From: Gemmatimonadales bacterium
GTDB lineage: Bacteria > Gemmatimonadota > Gemmatimonadetes > Gemmatimonadales > GWC2-71-9
Length of the DNA stretch: 64,000 nt
Assembly: GCA_965249575.1 (NCBI GenBank)
Contig: OZ252244.1
Coordinates: forward strand, 2,848,001 to 2,912,000
Direction of reading: 5' to 3'
Shown: positions 9,456 through 19,212 of the stretch, one piece after another
Position numbering within the stretch: the first letter of the stretch is position 1
How the letters are laid out: every line of letters starts with the position of its first letter
Made by a program: the position numbers and the translations under genes
Notes under the pieces: generated by a model
Told to the model about the DNA's origin: nothing
The model's input: the letters and a program-made list of their open reading frames with translations, nothing else
The model's database searches: none

Positions 9456-9803
9456 ATGAGCAGCGCCAACTTTCTCGAGCAGCAGCTATCCCGCCGATCA
9501 GCCTTGGCCTACGTCGCCGCTGTTGGATCCATCGCCCTCCTCGCCGCGTGCGATCGACACCCCCTCGCACCCGTTGGACAGCAGGTCATCGGACGGAACA
9601 ACCCCTTCTGGGCATTCCAGTTCGCGCACGACGAGTCCGTTCACGTCGTGATCTCCGAGAACCCAGACAGAGAGAAATTCAACCTGTCAGTGAGACGGGA
9701 CGGCAAGGATCTCGAGCACTTCGTTGGCTTGACGGACAAGACCGTGGGAGATGTGCGTTCCGACCACATTCAAGTTTCGTATGTCGACCCGCCCACAGCC
9801 TAA
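9456..9803 (+). CDS. Hypothetical Tat-exported lipoprotein
   Basis: LSRRSAL twin-arginine motif, hydrophobic stretch, lipobox LAAC. TTGACA boxes upstream at 9392 and 9425. Confidence 0.65.
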   Translation: MSSANFLEQQLSRRSALAYVAAVGSIALLAACDRHPLAPVGQQVIGRNNPFWAFQFAHDESVHVVISENPDREKFNLSVRRDGKDLEHFVGLTDKTVGDVRSDHIQVSYVDPPTA

Positions 9804-9929
9804 TGTTTTGGGCGGCATGCGGCCTCCGGGGGGGCGTGGCCCGGCTGAGCTCGAGGGCGTTCGCACGGCTTGTACAAAGATTGGCACCGGCGCTCCGCGT
9901 CGATCCCGCAGCGGAACGGAGGGCTGCTG

Positions 9930-10481
9930 ATGGCGGACCCTTTCCTGGCCGAGGTGAGGATCGTCGGGTTCAACTTCCCTCCGCGCGGCTGGGCTCAATG
10001 CGATGGGCAGATCCTCCCCATCAATCAGAACCAGAGTCTCTACGCGCTCCTTGGAACGACCTACGGTGGGGACGGCCGCACGACGTTCGCTCTTCCGGAG
10101 CTGCGGGGCCGGGTGCCCATCCACGTCGGATCCGCCGGGGGGGCCAGCCACCCGTTGGGTTCGAGGGGCGGAGAGGAGCGGCACCCGCTCAGCATAGGCG
10201 AGATGCCGTCGCACGATCATGCGGTACGAGGATCGTCCGACGCTGCGTCGATACCAGTTCCAAGTGGAGGCGTCCTTGCGGACAGCGCGCCCGAGGAGGT
10301 CTATCACGCGCCGTCGAGCCCGGTCTCTCTTCGCGCCGGAACGGTGGCCAACATCGGCGGCGGCCAGGGCCACGAGAACATGCAATCTTACTTGGTTCTC
10401 AACTTCGTAATCGCCATCGTGGGTACCTTCCCGAGCCGAAACGCCCCGAATCAACAGGCTCGGCCTCTAAAGGGGGATTGA
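9930..10481 (+). CDS. Phage tail-collar domain protein (microcystin-dependent protein type)
   Basis: GGAGGG RBS. DPFLAEVRIVGFNFPPRGWAQCDGQILPI...LLGTTYGGDGRTTFALPELRGRVP...HENMQSYLVLNFVIAIVGTFPSR. Confidence 0.92.
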   Translation: MADPFLAEVRIVGFNFPPRGWAQCDGQILPINQNQSLYALLGTTYGGDGRTTFALPELRGRVPIHVGSAGGASHPLGSRGGEERHPLSIGEMPSHDHAVRGSSDAASIPVPSGGVLADSAPEEVYHAPSSPVSLRAGTVANIGGGQGHENMQSYLVLNFVIAIVGTFPSRNAPNQQARPLKGD

Positions 10482-10491
10482 GGCGTGGGCG

Positions 10492-10848
10492 ATGCCTGAC
10501 CCGTTCGTCGGCGAGATCAGGATGTTCGCGGGCACATTCGCACCCCGGAGCTGGGCGCTCTTGAATGGCCAGTTGATTCAGGTCAGCCAGAACAACGCGC
10601 TGTTTTCTCTGTTGGGCACCACGTATGGGGGCGACGGCCGCACGACGTTCGGCATCCCCGATTTGCGCGGGCGGCTGCCGGTCCACGCCGGCTCTGGGCC
10701 AGGGCTCACGTCACGGGCCTTGGGCCAGAAGAGCGGAAGCGAGAAGGTCGGAGTGACGGCAAACGAGCTGCCCGCCCACTCCCATGTCCTCCGGGGGTCG
10801 TCCGACGTGGCGAACGCACCCAACCCGCGGAGTCCTCGAGCCGGGTGA
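10492..10848 (+). pseudogene. Second tail-collar protein, 3'-truncated near 10830
   Basis: Same N-terminal collar motifs as the first copy. Similarity ends after SSDVANAPNP; the HxNMxP C-terminus is missing. Confidence 0.8.
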
Positions 10849-10975
10849 ACACCGCCTCATAGAGAAAACCATCCTTCTCCTTTCCGATCGGTACGATGAA
10901 GATCGGAAGGTTGCCCAGCTCGGTGTGTTCCAGATTGTACATGCGCTGCTCGAGAAACGGATCGATCGGTCCGGT
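10832..10975 (-). pseudogene. Inverted C-terminal fragment of a DUF6916-like protein
   Basis: GPIDPFLEQRMYNLEHTELGNLPIFIVPIGKEKDGFLYEAVFT resembles the small protein that usually accompanies tail-collar clusters. It has neither its own start nor a nearby stop. Confidence 0.7.
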
Positions 10976-12975
10976 TCTCACGGCCGCGAAGCAACGCCTG
11001 GCGATGCAAGACGCCGGAGCGTTCGAATGGGATAGAGAGGGTGAGGATCAATACGCTGCGTATTGGACGCTCTTTCTCAAGTACCACTACCTGACCCCGA
11101 AGTGGACCGTGATGGTCAGCGAGCCCTCGGCGACCGTGTTCGCCCCGATCACCGGTTTTCGCGGGACGTTTCCGCTGTTGGTCGTGCTGGGTCTCTTGGT
11201 CGTCCTGTTCCTGGGCAACGTCGAGATCCGTCGAATACTGACCCCGTTGCGGCAGCTTCAAGCGGCCACCGCCCGCATCGGGCGTCGCGACTTCGGCGAG
11301 CCAGTCTCTGTGACTAGCCACGACGAATTCCGCGATCTCGGAAGCTCGTTCAACAGGATGGCCCTGCGGGTGCAGCAACAGTTCGGCGAGAGCGAGAGGT
11401 TGAATACTGCCCTCATCGAGACTGGCGAGGCACTCAAGGCAAATGAGGCTCGTCTCAGAACTATCCTGGATTCGTCGGCAGGAGGGATCGTGACCTTCGA
11501 TCCCGGAGGTATGATCGACTCATTCAATCGTACGGCGGCGCGGATGTTTGGATGCGAGGAAGCCGATATCGTCGGTCGTCCCCTCACCGACCTCATCGCG
11601 CCGTCCGGCAATGGAGATGACATCGGCGACCCCGACTTCGAGTCGGGCGCCACACGTGAACTCTTCGGTAGGCGGAGGGACGGCGAAACGTTCCCGATTG
11701 AGCTCGCTCTTCGCGAAGCGCAAGTTGGGGGGCAACCGATCGTCATCGGCTTTGTGCGCGATCTTTCGGAACGAAAGGCAGCGGAAGAGGAGCGTAAAGC
11801 TCTCGAGCACCGGCTCATGCAAGCTCAGAAAATGGAGAGCATTGGGACGCTCGCCGGAGGGATCCGCCCACGATTTCAACAATATTCTCACCCCGATCCA
11901 CGCCTACGTGGATCTTGCACTCCAAGACCTCCCTAAGGACTCCGATACTTATAGGGACATGGAGGATGTGCGGGCTGCGGCCGGCCGCGCTGGGGATCTG
12001 GTCCGCCAGATTCTCACGCTGAGCCGTCAAGGACACACTGAGCGGCAGCCCATCACGTTACAGCCGGTGATCAGAGAAGCATTCAACCTGCTCCGGTCGA
12101 CTATCCCCACGACGATCGAAATGGAGCTGTCCACCGATGGCGAGTGTGGCGCAGTGCTGGCAGATGGGACGCAGATCCATCAGGTGTTGATGAATCTCTG
12201 TACGAATGCCTACCATGCGATGCGGGAGGACGGGGGGACCATCAAGGTCGGATACGGCAGCCTGAACGTCGATTCCGATCTCGTTCGCGTCCATCCGCGG
12301 CTTCATGTGGGAGAGTACGTGTGTCTCACTGCAAGTGACACGGGGCCTGGCATCGAACCGGCCGTGTTGGAGCGGATATTTGAGCCGTTCTTCACCACCA
12401 AGGAGGTCGGCGAGGGGACGGGCCTCGGACTCTCGGTCGTCCAGGGCATCGTTCTGAGCCACGGCGGCGAGATCACGATGGAGAGTGTCCTCGGGAAGGG
12501 AACGACATTTTCCGTATACCTCCCCGTAGCGGGTACAGAGCCCGTCGCGCAGGAAGCGTCCGATATCGCCACCCTCGAGGGCGATGAGCGCGTGTTGGTG
12601 GTGGATGATGAGGAGTACATCACGCGGATGGCGAGTAGGCTGCTGAAGCGCCTGGGGTACAAGGTGAGGTCGGTGAACGATGGCAGGAAAGCACTGAGCC
12701 TCTTCCAAGCCGATCCGGGCGCGTTCGACGCCGTCATCAGCGACCAGACCATGCCGGGAATGACCGGGGTGCAGCTATTCCAGGAGCTTCGTCTCCTTAA
12801 CTCGACGTTGCCGTTCCTTCTTGTTACCGGATACAACGAAGGGGCCGTTGCCGACAAAGTCGAAGCGGGGACCCATTGCGAGGTACTGCGCAAGCCCCTT
12901 GGTCTCGAGAATCTGGGCAGTGGGCTGCGCCGAATCTTGAGCAGGGGGCGGCCATGCGCTGCGGCAGCCACGTAA
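10976..12975 (+). pseudogene. Hybrid sensor histidine kinase (partial sensor-TM-HAMP-PAS-HisKA-HATPase-REC), 5'-truncated and frameshifted
   Basis: H-box AQKMESIGTLAGGI/AHDFNN is split by an extra C at 11864-11865. N box MNLCTNA, G boxes DTGPGI, FFTTK, GTGLGL, REC VVDDE...SDQTMP...KP. No first TM or start. Confidence 0.85.
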
Positions 12976-13038
12976 CGGGACGATCAGGATGGGCTGGGGA
13001 GGGGCAGCGGCGGCAAAAACGATCGCACGAGGTGGGGG

Positions 13039-13488
13039 ATGAGCGCGCAACGATATCGTAGACCGACTCAGGTCCGTGGGGGAACGGCGCTGCCAGAGGT
13101 AACCCGGCGCACCAAGGTCATGGTTTCGATTCTCGTGGGATTGATCGTCGTGCCATTCGTAGCCGGGGGTTTCTCTGGTGTCGGCTCGTCGGACAGCGCG
13201 CCCTTGCCACCAGGCATCTTGGGGACATGGTCCACGACGGCACCCGGCTACTCGGGCAGTGCCTTCACACTAAGCGAGGCTTCCCTATCTTTTCACCGCG
13301 TGGATGGGACCGTGGAGGTCTATTCTGTCACAGGAGTGGAGTTGGTGCGTCGCGACGGCGGGAGCCAGTGCAAGCTGTATTACGCCATCGGTGACAATGC
13401 GCACACGTTTTCCTTCTTCTATGAGGAGCTGCCGCGCGAGATCATCCGGCTGGCGAATCAGAAACACATGGTGTGGACGAAGAACTGA
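13039..13488 (+). CDS. Hypothetical membrane-anchored protein
   Basis: One N-terminal TM (VMVSILVGLIVVPFVAGG) followed by a beta-rich domain with ILGTW. Confidence 0.6.
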   Translation: MSAQRYRRPTQVRGGTALPEVTRRTKVMVSILVGLIVVPFVAGGFSGVGSSDSAPLPPGILGTWSTTAPGYSGSAFTLSEASLSFHRVDGTVEVYSVTGVELVRRDGGSQCKLYYAIGDNAHTFSFFYEELPREIIRLANQKHMVWTKN

Positions 13489-13576
13489 GGAATGGCGCGC
13501 TTGAGCTTCGGTCCGCTTGATCAGGAGGCGGAGTGTACCGCTACCGCCGAGGGGTTTGTGGCGGTGGGAGGCTGGA

Positions 13577-13774
13577 TCAGTCTATGGTCGGCGGCTGCGG
13601 CCCCGGGATAATCCCGGCGAGGTCGGGGTCTTCGCCCGTGTCGATCTCTTGCTCGGCTTGCTGCGCCTTCATCTCCTTGCGAAGCACCCGGCGCTCTTCT
13701 TTGGCCTTCCGTTTTTCCCGCTTTGCCAGTTCGCGCTGCCGTTTTGCCTGAGTCTGAGGTCCGGGTCGCGCCAT
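13577..13774 (-). CDS. Small basic hypothetical protein (65 aa)
   Basis: MARPGPQTQAKRQRELAKREKRKAKEERR...EDPDLAGIIPGPQP: a Lys/Arg-rich helix plus an acidic tail, divergent from the helicase. Confidence 0.7.
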   Translation of the reverse strand: MARPGPQTQAKRQRELAKREKRKAKEERRVLRKEMKAQQAEQEIDTGEDPDLAGIIPGPQPPTID

Positions 13775-14156
13775 GAGCCACCATCCGTTCCGTAGATTCC
13801 AATGAATATAACGTAACACTCTTGAGGTCAAAACGGGCGGGGTGCCAGTAGCCGGGCCGGCTCGTACGACGTTCGTGCAGCGTCAGTCTGCTGGAGTCGC
13901 TAGATCCTTTTTGAGGGAGCCTTCGGGAAGGCTCGGGGGGTAAACTGGCATCTGAGGACGTGTTTAATTAGTTTTGGTCCGAAGCACGAACCGCGAGCTG
14001 GCATCTTCTCTTCCGCAGAATGGTACCCGCTCAGGGTGGGTACCGGCGCCCCGCAGACGCGTCGTTCATCCTCAGGTTCAGACAATCAGAGTCGTTGCGC
14101 TCCGGGTAGGCCTGCTGCCACCCGGCGCCGTGTGTCTGCCGTCAACCGGGAGGAAG

Positions 14157-15371
14157 ATGTCTTTTCAGTCATTGGGTCTCACACCCGAGCTCTTGCGAGC
14201 TGTAGAGGAGCAAGGGTATACCGAACCTACACCAATCCAAAGGGAAGCGATTCCGATAGGGCTCACAGGCCGCGATGTCGTCGGGTCGGCGCAAACAGGC
14301 ACCGGCAAGACAGCGGCCTTCATGCTTCCGATACTCCAGCGCCTCGGTACCGGCCCACGCGGGACGCTCAGGGCCCTGGTGCTCGTCCCCACTCGCGAGC
14401 TGGCCGAGCAGGTCAGGAACAGCGCGCAGGCCTACGGCCGCCACGCGAAGTTGCGGACAGTCGCCATTTATGGTGGGGTCGCTATGGAGCCGCAGACTCG
14501 GGCGCTGGCCGAGGGAGTCGACATCGTCGTGGCTACGCCGGGCCGCCTGCTCGACCACATGGGTCGGGGCCACGTGGATGCGTCAAAGCTCGAGGTATTG
14601 GTCTTGGACGAGGCGGACCGGATGTTGGATATGGGGTTCGCACCGGATGTCTACCGTATTCTCGACGCGTTACCGGCTGACCGACAAACCAAGTTCTTCT
14701 CGGCGACCATTTCGGTGGATGTTGACCGGCTGGCCCGTCGGGCGCTCAAGGGGCACGCTGCCGTCGAGATCGGCGAACGCGCCAAAGCCGCGGATGGGGT
14801 GGAACATTTTCTCGTGGCCGTCGACCGCGTCCAGAAGCGCAGCGTCCTGGCCAAGATGCTTGATGAAATGGCGCATGGTCGGACGCTGGTCTTCACCCGC
14901 ACCAAACACGGGGCCGACAAACTCGCCCGGCACTTGAAGCGCGAGGGCCACGGAGCGTCCGCGCTGCATGGGGGCATGACGCAGGGTGCTCGCAGCAAGG
15001 CGCTCGAGCGGTTCAAGAGCGGGAAGGTGACCATTCTGGTCGCGACGGACGTCGCGGCACGCGGGATCGACGTCAAGGACATCGTGATGGTGGTGAACTA
15101 CGATGTCCCCAACGACGCCGAGGTGTATGTGCACCGCGTGGGGCGGACCGCACGAGCGGGTGGTGGGGGAGTCGCGCTGACGCTCATGTCGCCGGATGAA
15201 TGGATGCTCATGTGGGACGTGGAGAAGCTGCTCGGGCGCTCCCTGCCTCGGGAGACGGTCGCGGGGTACGAGCCGGCCGCCCCGCCAATCCAGCCTCGCG
15301 CGATCAGCGACGTGCCCGTGCGCCAGGGACCCTCGCTCCGGCCGCGCACCGGGGGTGCCCGCAGGAGATAG
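14157..15371 (+). CDS. DEAD-box RNA helicase (RhlE-like)
   Basis: GGGAGG RBS. Q motif PTPIQ, AQTGTGKT, PTRELA, TPGRL, DEAD, SAT, ARGID, HRVGRTAR. Confidence 0.95.
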   Translation: MSFQSLGLTPELLRAVEEQGYTEPTPIQREAIPIGLTGRDVVGSAQTGTGKTAAFMLPILQRLGTGPRGTLRALVLVPTRELAEQVRNSAQAYGRHAKLRTVAIYGGVAMEPQTRALAEGVDIVVATPGRLLDHMGRGHVDASKLEVLVLDEADRMLDMGFAPDVYRILDALPADRQTKFFSATISVDVDRLARRALKGHAAVEIGERAKAADGVEHFLVAVDRVQKRSVLAKMLDEMAHGRTLVFTRTKHGADKLARHLKREGHGASALHGGMTQGARSKALERFKSGKVTILVATDVAARGIDVKDIVMVVNYDVPNDAEVYVHRVGRTARAGGGGVALTLMSPDEWMLMWDVEKLLGRSLPRETVAGYEPAAPPIQPRAISDVPVRQGPSLRPRTGGARRR

Positions 15372-15470
15372 CAAAGCCTCAGGCCTGCAGGGAAAACCGG
15401 TGGATCCCCGAGGTGGCGAAAGCCTCGGCGACGGCCCACAGCGAGGCGAGGCCGTTCGGGTTATTCATTG

Positions 15471-18134
15471 ATGGTGAACACCGACCCGCACCAACCGCTT
15501 CGTGATGACGTCCGCCTCCTGGGGAATCTCCTCGGCGAGACCTTACGCACGCAGGAGGGCGAGCACCTCTTCGCGACCGTTGAAGAGGTTCGTGCCCTCG
15601 CGAAGGCTGCCCGCCAGGGCGGTCCCGGTGGGTTCGCCGAGCTGGGAGGCGTGTTGCAAGGTCTTCCGGTGGCCGACGCGCTGCCCGTCGCTCGAGCGTT
15701 CGCGCACTTTCTGACCTTGGCGAATATCGCCGAGCAACATCATCGCATCCGGCGGCGTCGTGAGTATCAGCGCGACGCCAAACTCTCGCCTCAACGTGCG
15801 TCATTTCAGGACAGCTTCACGCGCCTCCTTGGCTCCGGCATCTCGCCAGAAGTGCTGTACCGCACCATCTGCTCGCTGCAGGTCGAGTTAGTACTGACCG
15901 CCCATCCCACCGAAGTCGTGCGCCGGACACTGAGACAGAACCAGCGACGAATTGCGCAGCTGCTCGGAGCCCAGGATCGATCCGACCTCACGCCGTCGGA
16001 ACGAGATGAGATTCGCGACGCCCTTCGCCGAGAAATCACGACGGCTTGGACCACGGAGGAAGTTCGGCGTGAGCGACCCACTCCGCTCGATGAAGTCAGG
16101 TGGGGGCTCGTCGTCTTCGAGCAGACGCTATGGAACGTCGTGCCGCGGTATCTGCGGGCGCTGGACGGGGCGTTACGCGTTGCGACCGGCCGCTCGCTGC
16201 CGGTGGAAGTTGCCCCAATCCGGTTCGGTTCCTGGATGGGGGGAGACCGGGACGGAAATCCCAACGTCACCCCCGGGGTGACCGAACAGGCGTGCCTGCT
16301 CGCCCGTTGGATGGCGGCGGATCTCTACGCGAAGGAGGTGTTCGCTCTTCGCTCCGAGCTCAGCATGCGGGAGGGAAGCGCCGAGCTCCGTCGCCACGTT
16401 GGCACGAAGCCAGAACCGTATCGAGCGTTGCTCAGGGAAGTGGGCGACCGTCTGGTGCAGACCCGGGAAGGGATGAAGCGTCTTCTTGAGGGAGCGCAGC
16501 CGAATGAAGACTCCCGCATTTACTGGGATGTCGACGAGCTGGCCGAGCCACTCCGGCTCTGCGCACGATCGCTGGAGGAAATGGGTGCCGGCATTGTCGC
16601 GGAGGGGCGCCTCCTCGACCTGCTACGGCGTGTCACGTGTTTTGGGCTCACGCTGGTGCGGCTCGACATTCGGCAGGAAGCCGCCAGGCTCGAGCAAGCG
16701 CTCGACGCGATCACTACACGCCTGGGTCTGGGGTCGTACGCCGGATGGGATGAACGGCAGCGGCAGGACTTCTTGCGTCGTCATCTCCTCGAGGGAGGCG
16801 GCGAGCTCCGCGCGGCGTTCGAAGGAATGCTTGAGTTCGAAGCGGACATTCGCGACGTATTGGGCACGTTCCGGATGGCCGCGTCGGCTCGCCCAGGATC
16901 GCTTGGCGCCTACGTAATCTCGATGGCGCACCGAACCTCCGACGTCCTAGCGGTCGAGCTTCTCCAGTCCGTGGCGGGCGTCGGATCCCGGCTTCGCGTG
17001 GTGCCGCTATTTGAGACTGTGAAGGATCTTCGCGCCGCCGGATCCTGCATCCGGGAGCTTCTTTCGATCGATTGGTACCGAGAGCACATCGGTGGGAGCC
17101 AGGAGGTCATGATCGGCTACTCCGATTCGGCCAAAGACGGAGGGCGCCTGGCCGCTGCCTGGGAGCTGTACAAAGCTCAAGAGGAGATTGCGGCCGCCTG
17201 TCACGAATCCGGCGTGCAGCTCGTGTTATTTCACGGCCGCGGAGGAACCGTTGGGCGGGGCGGCGGTCCGACCCATCTCGCGATTCAGTCTCAGCCGCCC
17301 CACTCGGTGAATGGAGCGCTTCGGGTCACCGAGCAGGGAGAAACGATCGACGCGAAACTAGGATTTCCGGGAATCGCGCTGCGAACCCTCGAGCTCTATA
17401 CCACCGCCACTCTCGAAGCCACGTTACAGCCTTCGGACCCGCCGGACTCGAGTTGGCGCGATCACATGCAACTGCTGGCTGATGCTTCCCGCGCGGCGTA
17501 CCGCCGGATCGTGTTCGAGAGTCAGGAGTTCTTGGACTACTTTCGCGTGGCGACCCCGGAGGCCGAGCTGGGCGCGATGAAGATTGGCAGCCGGCCGGCG
17601 CGACGCGCCGGCGGGACGGGCGTCGAATCCCTGCGGGCGATACCGTGGGTGTTTGCCTGGATGCAAACGCGCTTACTCCTCCCCGCATGGCTTGGCGTCG
17701 GAGACGCCATCGACGAGTTCACCGTGCAGGGTCGAGTCGGGGAGCTCACCGAGATGTACAACGAATGGCCGTTCTTCAGGTCCACTCTCGACCTCATCGA
17801 GATGGTGCTGGCCAAAGCGTCACCCGACATCGCGGCACAGTACGACACTCGTCTGGTTCCTGCGCCCCTCCAACCCATAGGAGCCCAGCTCAGGGAGCGC
17901 TTGCAAGCCACGGTGCACGCGATGCTCCGGGTAACGACGCACGGCGGCCTGCTGGAGGGCAACGAGGTGCTCCGGCGGTCCATCGCGGTCCGCAACCCGT
18001 ACGTGGATCCCATCAACCTTGTTCAAGTCGAAGTCTTGTCTCGGTTGCGCGAGAGAGGTGACGACCCGCGGCTGCAGGATGCCTTGCTGGTCACCGTGAA
18101 CGGGATCGCCGCGGGGATGCGGGCGACGGGATAG
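15471..18134 (+). CDS. ppc: Phosphoenolpyruvate carboxylase
   Basis: LTAHPTE, SWMGGDRDGNP, MIGYSDSAKD, FHGRGGTVGRGG, LRAIPWVFAW, RNPYVDP, IAAGMRATG. Confidence 0.97.
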   Translation: MVNTDPHQPLRDDVRLLGNLLGETLRTQEGEHLFATVEEVRALAKAARQGGPGGFAELGGVLQGLPVADALPVARAFAHFLTLANIAEQHHRIRRRREYQRDAKLSPQRASFQDSFTRLLGSGISPEVLYRTICSLQVELVLTAHPTEVVRRTLRQNQRRIAQLLGAQDRSDLTPSERDEIRDALRREITTAWTTEEVRRERPTPLDEVRWGLVVFEQTLWNVVPRYLRALDGALRVATGRSLPVEVAPIRFGSWMGGDRDGNPNVTPGVTEQACLLARWMAADLYAKEVFALRSELSMREGSAELRRHVGTKPEPYRALLREVGDRLVQTREGMKRLLEGAQPNEDSRIYWDVDELAEPLRLCARSLEEMGAGIVAEGRLLDLLRRVTCFGLTLVRLDIRQEAARLEQALDAITTRLGLGSYAGWDERQRQDFLRRHLLEGGGELRAAFEGMLEFEADIRDVLGTFRMAASARPGSLGAYVISMAHRTSDVLAVELLQSVAGVGSRLRVVPLFETVKDLRAAGSCIRELLSIDWYREHIGGSQEVMIGYSDSAKDGGRLAAAWELYKAQEEIAAACHESGVQLVLFHGRGGTVGRGGGPTHLAIQSQPPHSVNGALRVTEQGETIDAKLGFPGIALRTLELYTTATLEATLQPSDPPDSSWRDHMQLLADASRAAYRRIVFESQEFLDYFRVATPEAELGAMKIGSRPARRAGGTGVESLRAIPWVFAWMQTRLLLPAWLGVGDAIDEFTVQGRVGELTEMYNEWPFFRSTLDLIEMVLAKASPDIAAQYDTRLVPAPLQPIGAQLRERLQATVHAMLRVTTHGGLLEGNEVLRRSIAVRNPYVDPINLVQVEVLSRLRERGDDPRLQDALLVTVNGIAAGMRATG

Positions 18135-18264
18135 GGAGTAGGGGTGGGATGGTGGGGTACCGGTACAGTTTGCGACCGCTGGGCCGTGCTCTGCACCGGT
18201 ACCCCCTCCCCCACCTACCCCCTACTCCCTAACCCCAAAATCCTACCCCTACCCCCTACCCCCC
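18132..18264. repeat. Long imperfect inverted repeat followed by a degenerate CCTACCC tract
   Basis: Arm TAGGGAGTAGGGG...GGGGTACCGGTACAG (18132-18168) pairs with CTGCACCGGTACCCC...CCCCTACTCCCTA (18191-18231). C-rich short repeats continue to 18264. Confidence 0.75.
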
Positions 18265-18317
18265 AACTGCTGCAACTTTGACCATTACTGAGCCGCGTCA
18301 TTTGCAAAGGGGGCGGC

Positions 18318-18635
18318 ATGATCGTGATCCAGGTGGTCCCGCGCGCTGGAGCCGACGCATATCGGCTGCTTCGGTCGAAGGTACTGCACGAAGCGACAAC
18401 GTGGTACTGGAGTAACAAGGCAAAAACCCGCCTGCGGCACGTACAGTCGAGCGGACACATCGACGTGGCAAACGCCGGTGGCGTGATCGTCGCGCAAGTA
18501 CACCCCAAGGTACGCCGCGATCTCTTTTACTTGGCAGAGAAGTTCATGGGGCGGCTCGTGGCCTGGTTCGAAGAGGAGTTGATCGCCATCAACGTCCAGT
18601 TTGTTCCGGAGCCGGTGGGCCGGAAAAAGCGATAG
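18318..18635 (+). CDS. Hypothetical protein (105 aa)
   Basis: AAGGGGG RBS; globular, protein-like composition. Confidence 0.7.
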   Translation: MIVIQVVPRAGADAYRLLRSKVLHEATTWYWSNKAKTRLRHVQSSGHIDVANAGGVIVAQVHPKVRRDLFYLAEKFMGRLVAWFEEELIAINVQFVPEPVGRKKR

Positions 18636-18671
18636 CGTCTCCGTCCCGCGGGGACATTCTCGGAGGGGTCG

Positions 18672-19196
18672 ATGATTCGCGTGGTTTTCATGATGGGATT
18701 GGTGGGTCTCATGGCGTGTCGGTCCGCAGGCCCCGCGCCGCTGACCGACAGCGAGCGGACTCGCCTTCGGGAGTTGGTTTTCGAGACCGTCGACTCGATC
18801 GTTGCGACCTACGAGCGCAACGATGCCCCGGCACTCGCCGGCTTCTACGTCGACGGCCCCGATTTCGTTGCGGCGGGCGATGGACGGTTCGCAACCAATT
18901 TTGATTCGGTTGCCGCTCGCCGCAGCCGGCTCTGGGCCGACCAAGACCATCACCGCTACCTAGCCCTCGATTGGTCCGACAAGAAGGTGACGGTACTGGG
19001 GCCGGACGTCGCGACGCTCAACGCGCGGTACACGGAGGAGGTGCAGTTCCGCTCGGGGCGGGTCGGACTGAATCGTGGCACGTGGCACGTGGTGTTCGTG
19101 CGGCGGCCGCAGGGGTGGCGGATCCTGCACGAGGTCGGGGTGCACTGCGACGCCGCAAACACCGCGACGTGCGAGCCTCCCAAGGTAATCGACTAG
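18672..19196 (+). CDS. NTF2/SnoaL-like lipoprotein
   Basis: GGAGGGG RBS; lipobox LMAC; VTVLGPDVA...VFVRRPQGWRILHE. Confidence 0.8.
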   Translation: MIRVVFMMGLVGLMACRSAGPAPLTDSERTRLRELVFETVDSIVATYERNDAPALAGFYVDGPDFVAAGDGRFATNFDSVAARRSRLWADQDHHRYLALDWSDKKVTVLGPDVATLNARYTEEVQFRSGRVGLNRGTWHVVFVRRPQGWRILHEVGVHCDAANTATCEPPKVID

Positions 19197-19212
19197 TCTC
19201 TGTGGCGGGTTC

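Noticed and set aside
9930..10848. Prophage or complete contractile injection system
   Set aside because: No capsid, terminase, tube, baseplate or integrase genes; only collar-type genes.
11855..11875. Programmed frameshift in the histidine kinase
   Set aside because: No slippery sequence; it is a plain extra C inside the H-box of a gene that is already truncated.
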